From Promethearchaeota archaeon (GTDB lineage Archaea > Asgardarchaeota > Lokiarchaeia > Sigyniarchaeales > Promethearchaeaceae): 32,000 bases of DNA. A program made the translations under genes and the position numbers. Positions 1 to 7,866 of this stretch are shown piece by piece. Location of the stretch: the NCBI GenBank assembly GCA_016933055.1, contig JAFGBS010000009.1:167590-199589 (forward strand). The letters run 5' to 3'. Each line of letters begins with the position of its first letter. Position 1 is the first letter of the stretch. Below the pieces are notes generated by a model. It saw nothing but the letters and a program-made list of their open reading frames with translations, did no database searches and was not told the DNA's origin.

Positions 1-150
1 TTTATTTCCATCAACGACAACAAAACTTATTCGTTCTGAGGTTTGGTGGACATCAGTGTGTTCAAATTCATTTTCTCTAAACCCTTCTACCAGTTCAGCG
101 AATTCTTCATTTGTCATTTTTCGTTCTATGATTTTAATATTACTCATCAT
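1..150 (-). CDS. Partial CDS (first 50 codons; continues past the window start). Hypothetical, possibly the N-terminus of a GNAT-type acetyltransferase
   Basis: The reverse strand is open from ATGATG at 145-150 to position 1: MMSNIKIIERKMTNEEFAELVEGFRENEFEHTDVHQTSERISFVVVDGNK. It is absent from the ORF track only because it is truncated. Fifty residues are too few for a family call. Confidence 0.3.
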   Translation of the reverse strand, partial: MMSNIKIIERKMTNEEFAELVEGFRENEFEHTDVHQTSERISFVVVDGNK

Positions 151-228
151 AACATACTTCCGATAAGGTGTGTATAAGAATAATGCGTAAAAATTTATTT
201 CGAAATTTTATACATAACTTACAGCAAA

Positions 229-486
229 GTGATTTCATCCATGGGAACAAATACCGATTATAATTCTGAGCAATCTAAAATACTCTCGTTAATAAAACAA
301 GGAGAGGATATTATCTCCGCTCGGATTACACTTGAATGTCCTTATTGCTCGTATAAGCGTATATTCAAAAATCAATTCAGTCCGAGCAAGATCGAGCTTA
401 TTACAGTGACATTTAAAATAATTGATTGGTTGACATGTGAGCGATGCGATCATCAGCTTAATTTTACGTTAGACCTATTTATTTGA
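229..486 (+). CDS. Small zinc-ribbon-like protein (two CxxC pairs), family unknown
   Basis: 85-aa ORF with a GTG at 229 and the first ATG at 241. It carries CPYC and CERC pairs about 40 residues apart. The 3' end overlaps the convergent gene 453..1601 by 34 nt. Confidence 0.4.
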   Translation: MISSMGTNTDYNSEQSKILSLIKQGEDIISARITLECPYCSYKRIFKNQFSPSKIELITVTFKIIDWLTCERCDHQLNFTLDLFI

Positions 487-1601
487 ATCATTTTGTCATT
501 CGGATCAGTCCCAAGCACCACTCTATATCGAATTTCATTTAGAGAATTTATTTTTTCTTGTTCTAATTTACCATTGACCAACACCTTATCTCCTTTGCGA
601 GCTTGTTCCAAAAATCTCCCCCGAAAGGTGAAAATTTCTATTTCTTCTATAGGAATTGGGTGAATGCTTTTTTGAATTGAATTAATTTGTAATTTGTAAC
701 TACCCGGAGTGAAGATCGATTTAGAATCATTCACAATTTCTCCTCGAAGAATGACTCGATCTAGACCTTTATAAGAGAAATCGTTAAAATCTGGCAGATT
801 TATATCATTTCGACATATTTCAATGTAACGAAGAAATACATCCCTTCCATCTATCAAGAATTGGTGAGTTTTCTGAAGTTCCATGCGTTTAAAGTCACGA
901 AATGGCACATGAAATCCAGCACCTCGGTTCTTGAAATGGGTTCGCATTAATCTTCCGGTATACGTCTTAATCAAGGATGAACCGTATTGAAATGACTTAG
1001 AATGGGAGAACCTATCCTCTAAAAAGGCATGAACCTTATGTGACTCTACTTCTCCATAAATAATAAGATCATAATCTGATTTAGGTTGGTTCAATCCTAC
1101 CATATATGAACCCGACAATCCTATGTGGGAAACAGGGATATCAGATCCTTCGTGAATAAACATTACTAAATTCTTTAACGACTCTTCAGGTTCAGATTCT
1201 AATTTCTCCTGTAAATACACTTCAGGAACATGAATAGTTTTTATATCTCGTATAGGAACTGCTTGCAGAGGGAAATCAAATAATTCTGATCGAAATATAT
1301 ATTCGGGTTTGAATTGAGATAAAATTCGGAATCTTGACTCAATATCATATATTTTGATGAAATTTTTGTGTGCAAATCGTACATCTGCTATATCCACAGA
1401 ATATTTCTTTTCAATTTCCTTTTGAATGCGGAATTTTTTTGTTTTTGGAGCATTTGCATAATTCCTGTTAAAAAAGTCAACGGGCATATATCTTAAATAT
1501 GCAATTTTATACATTTCGGGTTGAATTATTCCTTTAACATCAAAAATTAACCCCTCTTTCGTCTCGAGAAAATCTCCTTCAAACGTTCGGTAATCCATCA
1601 T
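453..1601 (-). CDS. Pol-beta-superfamily nucleotidyltransferase with a C-terminal OB-fold-like domain
   Basis: HIGLSGSYMVGLNQPKSDYDLIIYGE matches the G[SG]...D.D minimal nucleotidyltransferase signature. The C-terminal VILRGEIV...FRGRFLEQARKGDKVLVNGKLEQ looks like an OB barrel. Its ATG overlaps the mptA stop in ATGA (1598-1601). Confidence 0.6.
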   Translation of the reverse strand: MMDYRTFEGDFLETKEGLIFDVKGIIQPEMYKIAYLRYMPVDFFNRNYANAPKTKKFRIQKEIEKKYSVDIADVRFAHKNFIKIYDIESRFRILSQFKPEYIFRSELFDFPLQAVPIRDIKTIHVPEVYLQEKLESEPEESLKNLVMFIHEGSDIPVSHIGLSGSYMVGLNQPKSDYDLIIYGEVESHKVHAFLEDRFSHSKSFQYGSSLIKTYTGRLMRTHFKNRGAGFHVPFRDFKRMELQKTHQFLIDGRDVFLRYIEICRNDINLPDFNDFSYKGLDRVILRGEIVNDSKSIFTPGSYKLQINSIQKSIHPIPIEEIEIFTFRGRFLEQARKGDKVLVNGKLEQEKINSLNEIRYRVVLGTDPNDKMIQINRSNVKLS

Positions 1602-2578
1602 GCAAACTGGTCCCGAATTTCCTTCAAAGTTGTGTTTAATTCAGCATATGCGTTATGGTGATGAATACTTTCTTGAGTATCTGCATTGATGGATACTGAA
1701 CAATCGTCGGGTAAATACGCGAATTTAGGACTAGCTAATGCTTTTGCGGCTTCTCTGACTACATCTTCTACGAAACGTGGATTTAAATGTGCAATTCGTA
1801 CTAGCTCGGCTTCATCAGGTCGTTTTAACACAGATTGTATTTTCGCACTCATGGATCCTTCAATAATTTCCACTAATTCTAATACATCAACCAGTTGTTC
1901 AGAGCCATTTTGTGTTCCAATAATTATTTTACCAGTAGCACGTTGATTGTGAGATGCGATCGGAATCACATTGAGTAGTTCATCGATATCTGCATCACTT
2001 AATTTATTGGTGCGGGATTTAATTAATTCTTTCGAGTATTCTACAGACATTTCTTTAGCGCATGGACATGCGGTAATTCCCTCTGCTTGTACTCCCACGT
2101 ATACCTTTCGGGTGATGTTACCCTTATTATTGCGATCCCCGATTACTTTGGAATACACATCATATGATTTTTGCATTTGATCTCGATCGGTGGTTTTTCT
2201 TTTTACAAATAGCACTCCATTCACTTCGACTTCTGCATGAGTGGTATATTCATGTTCTTGGAGTAGTAAATCTATAATGCGTATACAAAACTGCTCGAAA
2301 GTGGTTGCAGGTTTGAAAGCAGCGTTATTTATGACCTCCTCAATGGATTCTGCAGTTCTACTCATGTGTATTCCTCTTTGTGTTCCTGGTAGTGAAATAT
2401 ATGCTTGAATATTAGCATTAATCGAACACTTAAAATTATCACGAACGATATCCACGGTTCTAATTACATTCCGGATTCCTACTTTTTCAATGGGTATCGA
2501 AGCAACTGGCTGTTCCGATTGAATATCTCTTTTAAATGGCATGGGGTATTTTTCTCCTCCGAATCGTACCAATTTCAA
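1598..2578 (-). CDS. mptA: GTP cyclohydrolase MptA (FolE2 / type IV family), first step of archaeal pterin/H4MPT biosynthesis
   Basis: 326 aa with family motifs QRGIHMSR, ACPCAKEMS, SHNQRATG and ESIHHHNAYA. The size is typical of archaeal MptA. Confidence 0.85.
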   Translation of the reverse strand: MKLVRFGGEKYPMPFKRDIQSEQPVASIPIEKVGIRNVIRTVDIVRDNFKCSINANIQAYISLPGTQRGIHMSRTAESIEEVINNAAFKPATTFEQFCIRIIDLLLQEHEYTTHAEVEVNGVLFVKRKTTDRDQMQKSYDVYSKVIGDRNNKGNITRKVYVGVQAEGITACPCAKEMSVEYSKELIKSRTNKLSDADIDELLNVIPIASHNQRATGKIIIGTQNGSEQLVDVLELVEIIEGSMSAKIQSVLKRPDEAELVRIAHLNPRFVEDVVREAAKALASPKFAYLPDDCSVSINADTQESIHHHNAYAELNTTLKEIRDQFA

Positions 2579-2672
2579 ATAGTATGAGGGGAAGTTTCAC
2601 TTCTTATGAAACAATTCTTCGGCGGTATTCTTGAAGAAAACATTATTTATCAGTTTTTCATTGATCATTTTT

Positions 2673-3236
2673 ATGATAATTGCAATTTCTGGATTGCATG
2701 GGACTGGAAAATCAGTTGTAGGAAAAAAAATAGCAGAAAAACTTGGATTAGCGTATTACTCCACGGGAGACTTATTTCGCGCTATTGCACAGGAAAAAGG
2801 ATTATCATTAGAAGATCTGTCTAACCTCGCAGAAAAGGACAAAACTATAGATTATACCATCGATTATCGCATAAAACAACTTGCACTGAAAGGAAATTGC
2901 GTATTGGATAATCAACTTAGTTCGTATCTTCTTAAAGATTTAGTTGATTATAGTGTTTTGTTGGCATGTGATGAGGAAATTAGGATTAAAAGAATGAAAG
3001 AGAGAGACAAGGAGGAACTGGGTGCCAAAATTCAAGAAACTCAAGTACGTGAGCGTTCGGAGAGAAAACGATTCTTAGAATTTTATGGTATTGACATCCA
3101 TGATCCAGACAAAATCAAGGAAACCTTTGACTTGATTTTGGATACTACTCATTTATCTATTGAAGAAGTGACGTCGAAAATATTAACAGCTATTCAAGAA
3201 CAAGAGGGATTTTCACTTAAGGATCCGAAAAATTAA
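2673..3236 (+). CDS. cmk: Cytidylate kinase, archaeal type
   Basis: MIIAISGLHGTGKSVVGKKIAEKLGLAYYSTGDLFRAIAQEKG is the P-loop plus conserved archaeal Cmk N-terminus. The track ORF starts at 2631, but the internal ATG at 2673 gives the canonical N-terminus, so the exact start is uncertain. Confidence 0.85.
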   Translation: MIIAISGLHGTGKSVVGKKIAEKLGLAYYSTGDLFRAIAQEKGLSLEDLSNLAEKDKTIDYTIDYRIKQLALKGNCVLDNQLSSYLLKDLVDYSVLLACDEEIRIKRMKERDKEELGAKIQETQVRERSERKRFLEFYGIDIHDPDKIKETFDLILDTTHLSIEEVTSKILTAIQEQEGFSLKDPKN

Positions 3237-3332
3237 TATTTTTTCCACAACAGAAGAGGTTACACCTTGGTCTATCTTTCACCCTACATGGGAGATAAGA
3301 TATACTGAGCAAAATTACAATTGGTGACAATA

Positions 3333-3608
3333 ATGGGTGTCTATGACATAGGACAAGTATGCGTAAAATTACTCGGTCGAGAAGCTGGGTATCTTTGCAC
3401 TATCGTGGAAGTAATCGATAAAAACTTTGCATTAGTAGAAGGCTTGAAAGTAAAGCGGAGGAGATGTAACTTCAAACATTTATCTCCTACGAAACATATG
3501 ATTGAAATCAAGAAGGGTGCTAATAAAAAGGCAATTGAAGAAGCAATTGAGAAAGCAAAATTAAAGGAAAAATTCGAAACAAAAAATGTTCCGAAATTGC
3601 AACTTTAA
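3333..3608 (+). CDS. rpl14e: 50S ribosomal protein L14e (eL14)
   Basis: KOW-like IGQVCVKLLGREAGYLCTIVEVIDKNFALVEG...VKRRRCNFKHLSPT. The track ORF starts at TTG 3321; ATG 3333 is the more likely start. Confidence 0.85.
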   Translation: MGVYDIGQVCVKLLGREAGYLCTIVEVIDKNFALVEGLKVKRRRCNFKHLSPTKHMIEIKKGANKKAIEEAIEKAKLKEKFETKNVPKLQL

Positions 3609-3610
3609 CC

Positions 3611-3636
3611 AATCTATTTATTTTTTATTTTTAAAA
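3611..3636 (+). promoter_or_regulatory. A/T-only tract between rpl14e and the tRNA: probable oligo-T terminator for rpl14e and TATA-like element for the tRNA
   Basis: aatctatttattttttatttttaaaa lies directly after the rpl14e stop and roughly 3-28 nt upstream of the tRNA 5' end. Confidence 0.3.
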
Positions 3637-3638
3637 AA

Positions 3639-3751
3639 GCAGGTGTAATCAAGTGGTTACGATGCTAGCCTGGAATGAACGGAATAATTCCGTAAAATCC
3701 CGGTTAGCTAGTGGGTGAAAGCCCGCATGGGTTCGAATCCCATCGCCTGCG
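3639..3751 (+). tRNA. tRNA-Ser(GGA) with a 30-nt intron at the canonical 37/38 position
   Basis: Hand-folded. Acceptor GCAGGTG/CGCCTGC (one G-U) with discriminator G. D arm ATCA-AGTGGTTA-CGAT. Anticodon stem CTAGC/GCTAG with loop C-T-GGA-A (anticodon 3672-3674). Intron 3676-3705. Long variable arm T-GGGT-GAAA-GCCC-GC (class II). T arm ATGGG-TTCGAAT-CCCAT. No encoded CCA. Confidence 0.8.
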
Positions 3752-3769
3752 CTCTTAAAAACAATAAAA

Positions 3770-5143
3770 TTAAGATGGATTACGAATTATTTCCAGTATT
3801 TTATCCCGTTTCTTCAAAGATTCAGTAGCCGATAGTTCAATTTTACGTTCCATTTCCTCCTTTTTCTCTGGATCTTCTTCTCCGATTACCTTTTTAATGG
3901 GAGTGTAGGCGGACTCCCGAAACCGGGGAAGAATAATAGATTCTCCTGAGGGGTTTTTGAAAATTACATGATTTGAATCCGTAACTTGACCAATTTCCAT
4001 GATTTTCACTCCCGCTTTTTTAACAAGTTGAATAATTTTCTCAGACATACTTGGGGCTACAAATAACAATAAAGCATCTAATGATACTCCAAGATAATCT
4101 ACACCCGTTTTTTTTAGCAAATCTAATACTAAGGGATCCACCAGTTGTTCCACCTTTGATATTGAAATCTCAACTCCAGTTTTTGATTCGTAGATAATTT
4201 CGTATAAATCTCCTCGCAGACCTCCGTTGGTAACATCACACATGGTCCGAATATGAGGAATAAACTCAGAATTCAAAATGGTTTTTGCTGCAGTTAAAAA
4301 TTTGATGTTCAAGGTGGCTTTCAATGCATCATGATTTCCTGAATAAATCGCAGTGGTAGATATAGTCCCCCCTCCTGCGCCTTCCGTCATTAATATTTTA
4401 TCCCCGACTATAATGTCTCTACGTGCAAGTAAATTGTGTGTAATTCCAATCACTGCAATACCACCTGTAATTCGGGTTCCGATAACCATATCTCCCCCAA
4501 TTCTAAGTGTAGAGCCCGCGGTTATCGGAACTTCCGTCAGTTCAGCAACAGCAGAAACTCCTGCCATAAAATCGAATAATTTTCCTACATCTGCATCATC
4601 TCCCAAATGAATATCTACCATTATTGAAATAGGCACAGCTCCCTTTACATAGATGTCTCGTAATCCGGCGCGAGTAACATGAAATCCCGCCAAAAACGGA
4701 TAATCACTCAATCGACTATGCATTCCCTCCATTTTGGATATGATTAGTAAATCTTTGGAACCTTCCACTGTATCAGAAAGTTTTACCGCTCCTGCATCAT
4801 CTAAAGATTTTGGAGATAAATAAGCTTCAATGGAGGTACTAGATACTTCTCCAATGAGTTTGTGCACAAAAAAATCTCCTATCCCCCGACATCCAACTCC
4901 TTGTTCTCCCACTGTAATATTGGATTCGGGAATTTTCAGGATTTCCCTAACTACTAAATCCTCGCCCGAGTATTCGGATTTTACACACTCTTCCCAGATT
5001 GCAAGAGCCAGTTTACTAGCATCTTTTCTACTGATTTCCTTATAGACTAAGTACTCGTCTACCAATTTTTCCAGAATCTCGTTTTTTTTCCATTTTTTAG
5101 TAATTAAACTACGAGTAGTACCTTCCAGATCAGTCATAAGCAT
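3770..5143 (-). CDS. AIR-synthase-related protein (PurM/ThiL/HypE superfamily) with an N-terminal extension of about 70 aa
   Basis: 457 aa. A glycine-rich core (DIHLGDDADVG, GGDMVIGTRITGGIAVIG, TEGAGGGTIST, DVTNGGLRGDL) is typical of the PurM-like ATP-binding fold. The specific function cannot be assigned. Confidence 0.7.
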   Translation of the reverse strand: MLMTDLEGTTRSLITKKWKKNEILEKLVDEYLVYKEISRKDASKLALAIWEECVKSEYSGEDLVVREILKIPESNITVGEQGVGCRGIGDFFVHKLIGEVSSTSIEAYLSPKSLDDAGAVKLSDTVEGSKDLLIISKMEGMHSRLSDYPFLAGFHVTRAGLRDIYVKGAVPISIMVDIHLGDDADVGKLFDFMAGVSAVAELTEVPITAGSTLRIGGDMVIGTRITGGIAVIGITHNLLARRDIIVGDKILMTEGAGGGTISTTAIYSGNHDALKATLNIKFLTAAKTILNSEFIPHIRTMCDVTNGGLRGDLYEIIYESKTGVEISISKVEQLVDPLVLDLLKKTGVDYLGVSLDALLLFVAPSMSEKIIQLVKKAGVKIMEIGQVTDSNHVIFKNPSGESIILPRFRESAYTPIKKVIGEEDPEKKEEMERKIELSATESLKKRDKILEIIRNPS

Positions 5144-5173
5144 AATGGATTTGTGAATGGTTCCTCTAAATTC

Positions 5174-5189
5174 TTCTCAACATTGAGAA
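5174..5189. repeat. Perfect 7-bp inverted repeat TTCTCAA-ca-TTGAGAA in the divergent intergenic region
   Basis: Read directly from the sequence. It lies between the divergently transcribed AIR-synthase-like gene (start 5143) and the beta-RFAP synthase gene (start 5231), so it is a possible operator. Confidence 0.3.
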
Positions 5190-5230
5190 AAAATTAAAAA
5201 AGAATAAACCACGCGGTATCTTGAAAAAAA

Positions 5231-6352
5231 TTGCGAGTGTACATAAAAACACCATGCCGATTACATTTTAGCTTAATTGATATGAATGGTTCGCTAAATC
5301 GAGTCGATGGAGGAATAGGTCTTACCCTGAAACAACCTAATTTTACCTTAGAAGTCCTTGATCGTGAATCTCTTATTCATCGAGGAGTAGGGAAGTTTGC
5401 TTGGGAACTTTTACCGGAAAAGCAAATAGTCCTTGAAACAGATTTAGGTCAAGTCGTTTTTTCAATAGAATGTTCAGATTGCCCCAATCCCGATGAATTG
5501 TTAGATACCGTATCAGATATCACAGAAAAATTTATCCACCAGCTCACTGATAAATTCTCGCTCGCTAAATCTGATAAATTCCCTTTGAAATTTACGATAT
5601 GGGATTTTCTGTTTTCCCATATGGGTCTTGGTTCCAAAACTCAAATGGCACTTGCAATTGCATCCTCCATCATAAAGATTCTCGGATTAGATGTACACAT
5701 AGATGTTGAAACACTTACTCAAATGGTGGGGAGAGGAGGGACTTCGGGAATTGGATTTCGCTCTTTTGAAAATGGAGGTTTCATTTTGGATTGCGGTCAT
5801 CGATTTGGGAAAAATCTGGAGAAAGAAAGTTTCTTACCTTCGTCAGCTTCTCATGCTAAACCTGCACGTACAATTTTACGCTATGATTTTCCAGAGGAAT
5901 GGTACGTGCTTGTTGTAATCCTAAACGTTCCAGCGGGTGCATCGAATATGGAGGAAATTAATATCTTCCAAAATCACTGTCCTATCCCAATAGAAGAAGT
6001 CCAGCAAGTGACTCATCATATTTTGATGCAACTACTTCCCGGAATTATCGAGAAGGATTTGGTCAATTTTGGCGAAGCGGTGAATTCCATCCGAAAAATT
6101 GGATTTAAAAAAATCGAAATCGATCTACAACACGATCACATAAAGGAATTAATTAAATTCTTAGAACAAAAATCCTCAAAATGTGTGGGGATGAGTTCAT
6201 TCGGTCCCACGGTATTTTCCATATTTGAATCAAAGCCACTAGCATTGGAGATGCTGGATCATATCAAGAAAAAATTCTCATCGGTTGGATTTACTTCGTA
6301 TATCACTACTGCTAATAATACAGGAGCCGATATTGAGGTAACTCCTCAGTAA
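5231..6352 (+). CDS. mptG: Beta-ribofuranosylaminobenzene 5'-phosphate (beta-RFAP) synthase, GHMP-kinase fold; committed step of methanopterin biosynthesis
   Basis: The N-terminus (M)RVYIKTPCRLHFSLIDMNGSLNRVDGGIGLTL is characteristic of beta-RFAP synthases. GHMP-like motifs MGLGSKTQ and GRGGTSGIG are present. The start is TTG 5231 or GVG-type GTG 5237. Confidence 0.75.
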   Translation: MRVYIKTPCRLHFSLIDMNGSLNRVDGGIGLTLKQPNFTLEVLDRESLIHRGVGKFAWELLPEKQIVLETDLGQVVFSIECSDCPNPDELLDTVSDITEKFIHQLTDKFSLAKSDKFPLKFTIWDFLFSHMGLGSKTQMALAIASSIIKILGLDVHIDVETLTQMVGRGGTSGIGFRSFENGGFILDCGHRFGKNLEKESFLPSSASHAKPARTILRYDFPEEWYVLVVILNVPAGASNMEEINIFQNHCPIPIEEVQQVTHHILMQLLPGIIEKDLVNFGEAVNSIRKIGFKKIEIDLQHDHIKELIKFLEQKSSKCVGMSSFGPTVFSIFESKPLALEMLDHIKKKFSSVGFTSYITTANNTGADIEVTPQ

Positions 6353-6394
6353 ATGAATTAAAAGGAAAAAGAATAGAGAAAATTCGATTACTAA

Positions 6395-7858
6395 TTAAAA
6401 TTGATCTAATTTTTTGGATTGGATCCAAATGTCCTCTAAAACGGGGGCAAACATTTTGATATGTTCATCCAATACTGAGCCCATCCCCGCTACTTGTAGT
6501 TCTCCATCTCCTTTGGAGACAACACAGACAATCATTTCCTCAAAATCTTTATTGAGAGCCCAAACCGTGCCGCGGGGGAAATATCGCAAGTCAACATTGG
6601 TCATTTCCTTTAATGTGTCCACTTTTCCTTTATCAGCAGAACTATTCAAATCAAAATCGGTAGAGATACGAACATTGATACGGGACTTTACTTTTGAGAG
6701 TGCTGTAAAATCAATATCTTTGATCGTGGGACAAATTACATATAACCGCATCTTAACCATGGAAAATGCCTCGTTTATCTGCGCTTTCATAGCTTCTGGT
6801 GATCTTATGAACCATACATCCTTAAAAGTCATCATAGAGGCTGCTTTAGAACGTTCCCAAAATTCCTGCATAGTTTTTTCTGCCAGATCCAATTGTCGGA
6901 CAACTGACATCATGGTATCTTCATCCAGTGTTTCCATTACTTCCTTTTGGAATTGCCCTTTTAATTCATTAATTCCTTTTTGAATAGAATTATTCACTTC
7001 AGTGACGCGTTTTTCTAAATCTCCTAATGTCTCTTCTAATCCTGCTTCGATATTGGTGAAAGAATCTCCTATTCCTGAACTTATCTCTCCAGCTGTATCC
7101 GTAATACTTCCTAATTGCTCAATAACTTGATCTAAGGTGTCTTGTGTAGTTTGGATTACCTTATCTCGGAAGTACCCTGCCATTTCTTCAAATTGGTCCT
7201 TAATAATACGTGAAACTATCTTTTCTGCAAAACTTGACAAGGCTCCCACTCGGAATTGCTTCTCGAATGCTTGCGAGATTTCAGATTTTATCGTTTCCAA
7301 TCGAGATTGCATTCGTCCGAATTCCATTTCAATATCTGGGGGAACTACTTCCTTAAGATTCAAAATAAATAATTTTAAATCATGGAATTTTTGAACCCCT
7401 TTCATTTGATTTTCAAATTTTGAGAGCTGGTCTTTCATTTTCACGGGGAGGGTTTCCTTCATTTCACGAATAAATTCCACATATTCTTGAAATTTGTCTA
7501 AGGATGCAATAGATTTCTCCATCCCGATGAACCTTCCCTCTAAAGCCGTAGGAGCTGCACTCTTCAATCCAGTAATAGATTCCTTAAATTGATGTATTTG
7601 TTTCATTAATGCAGCATATGGGGGTAATGCGGAATAATGGATAGTTTTTCCTGGTACTTCTCTTACCAATCCTTTTTCTACCAAATCTTTCGCGATTTCT
7701 TGCGCCCGTACATCATCTACTCCACCTAAAAGTCCCATTTCACCGGCACTAACTGGTCCTCTTCCAGTGATCCGAAAATAAACCTCTATTTCGTCTGGAG
7801 CTAATCCGATTAATTCGAGGACTTCTTGAGTAGATTTAAACTCTTGTTCACTTGACAT
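6395..7858 (-). CDS. TrmB-type winged-HTH protein with a long central coiled-coil insert and a TrmB-C/PLD-like C-terminal domain
   Basis: The N-terminus VLELIGLAPDEIEVYFRITGRGPVSAGEMGLLGGVDDVRAQEIAKDLVEKGLVREVPGKTIHYSALPP fits the TrmB HTH. Roughly residues 90-340 are heptad-like and E/K/Q-rich. The C-terminus VWFIRSPEAMKAQINEAFSMVKMRLYVICPT...INVRISTDFD resembles the TrmB middle/PLD-like domain. The start lies 8 nt after the stop of the upstream gene. Confidence 0.55.
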   Translation of the reverse strand: MSSEQEFKSTQEVLELIGLAPDEIEVYFRITGRGPVSAGEMGLLGGVDDVRAQEIAKDLVEKGLVREVPGKTIHYSALPPYAALMKQIHQFKESITGLKSAAPTALEGRFIGMEKSIASLDKFQEYVEFIREMKETLPVKMKDQLSKFENQMKGVQKFHDLKLFILNLKEVVPPDIEMEFGRMQSRLETIKSEISQAFEKQFRVGALSSFAEKIVSRIIKDQFEEMAGYFRDKVIQTTQDTLDQVIEQLGSITDTAGEISSGIGDSFTNIEAGLEETLGDLEKRVTEVNNSIQKGINELKGQFQKEVMETLDEDTMMSVVRQLDLAEKTMQEFWERSKAASMMTFKDVWFIRSPEAMKAQINEAFSMVKMRLYVICPTIKDIDFTALSKVKSRINVRISTDFDLNSSADKGKVDTLKEMTNVDLRYFPRGTVWALNKDFEEMIVCVVSKGDGELQVAGMGSVLDEHIKMFAPVLEDIWIQSKKLDQF

Positions 7859-7866
7859 GTTTTATT

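Noticed and set aside
453-1601. Possibility that the nucleotidyltransferase is a CBASS-type cGAS/DncV-like defence enzyme
   Set aside because: There is no adjacent effector, E1/E2/JAB or other defence gene. It is translationally coupled to the housekeeping gene mptA and carries an OB-like domain, which is not typical of CD-NTases.
1686-2587. Three plus-strand ORFs (86, 69 and 60 aa) inside the mptA region
   Set aside because: They are antisense to a gene with unambiguous FolE2/MptA motifs. Their composition is low-complexity Ser/Thr/Ile.
4353-5045. Plus-strand ORFs of 85 and 71 aa
   Set aside because: They are antisense shadows of the AIR-synthase-like gene. Their P/S/I-rich translation mirrors Gly/Asp-rich codons on the true strand.
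6414-6983. 189-aa plus-strand ORF
   Set aside because: It lies entirely antisense to the well-supported 487-aa gene. It is S/T/I-rich with no motifs, which is typical of a shadow ORF in AT-rich DNA.
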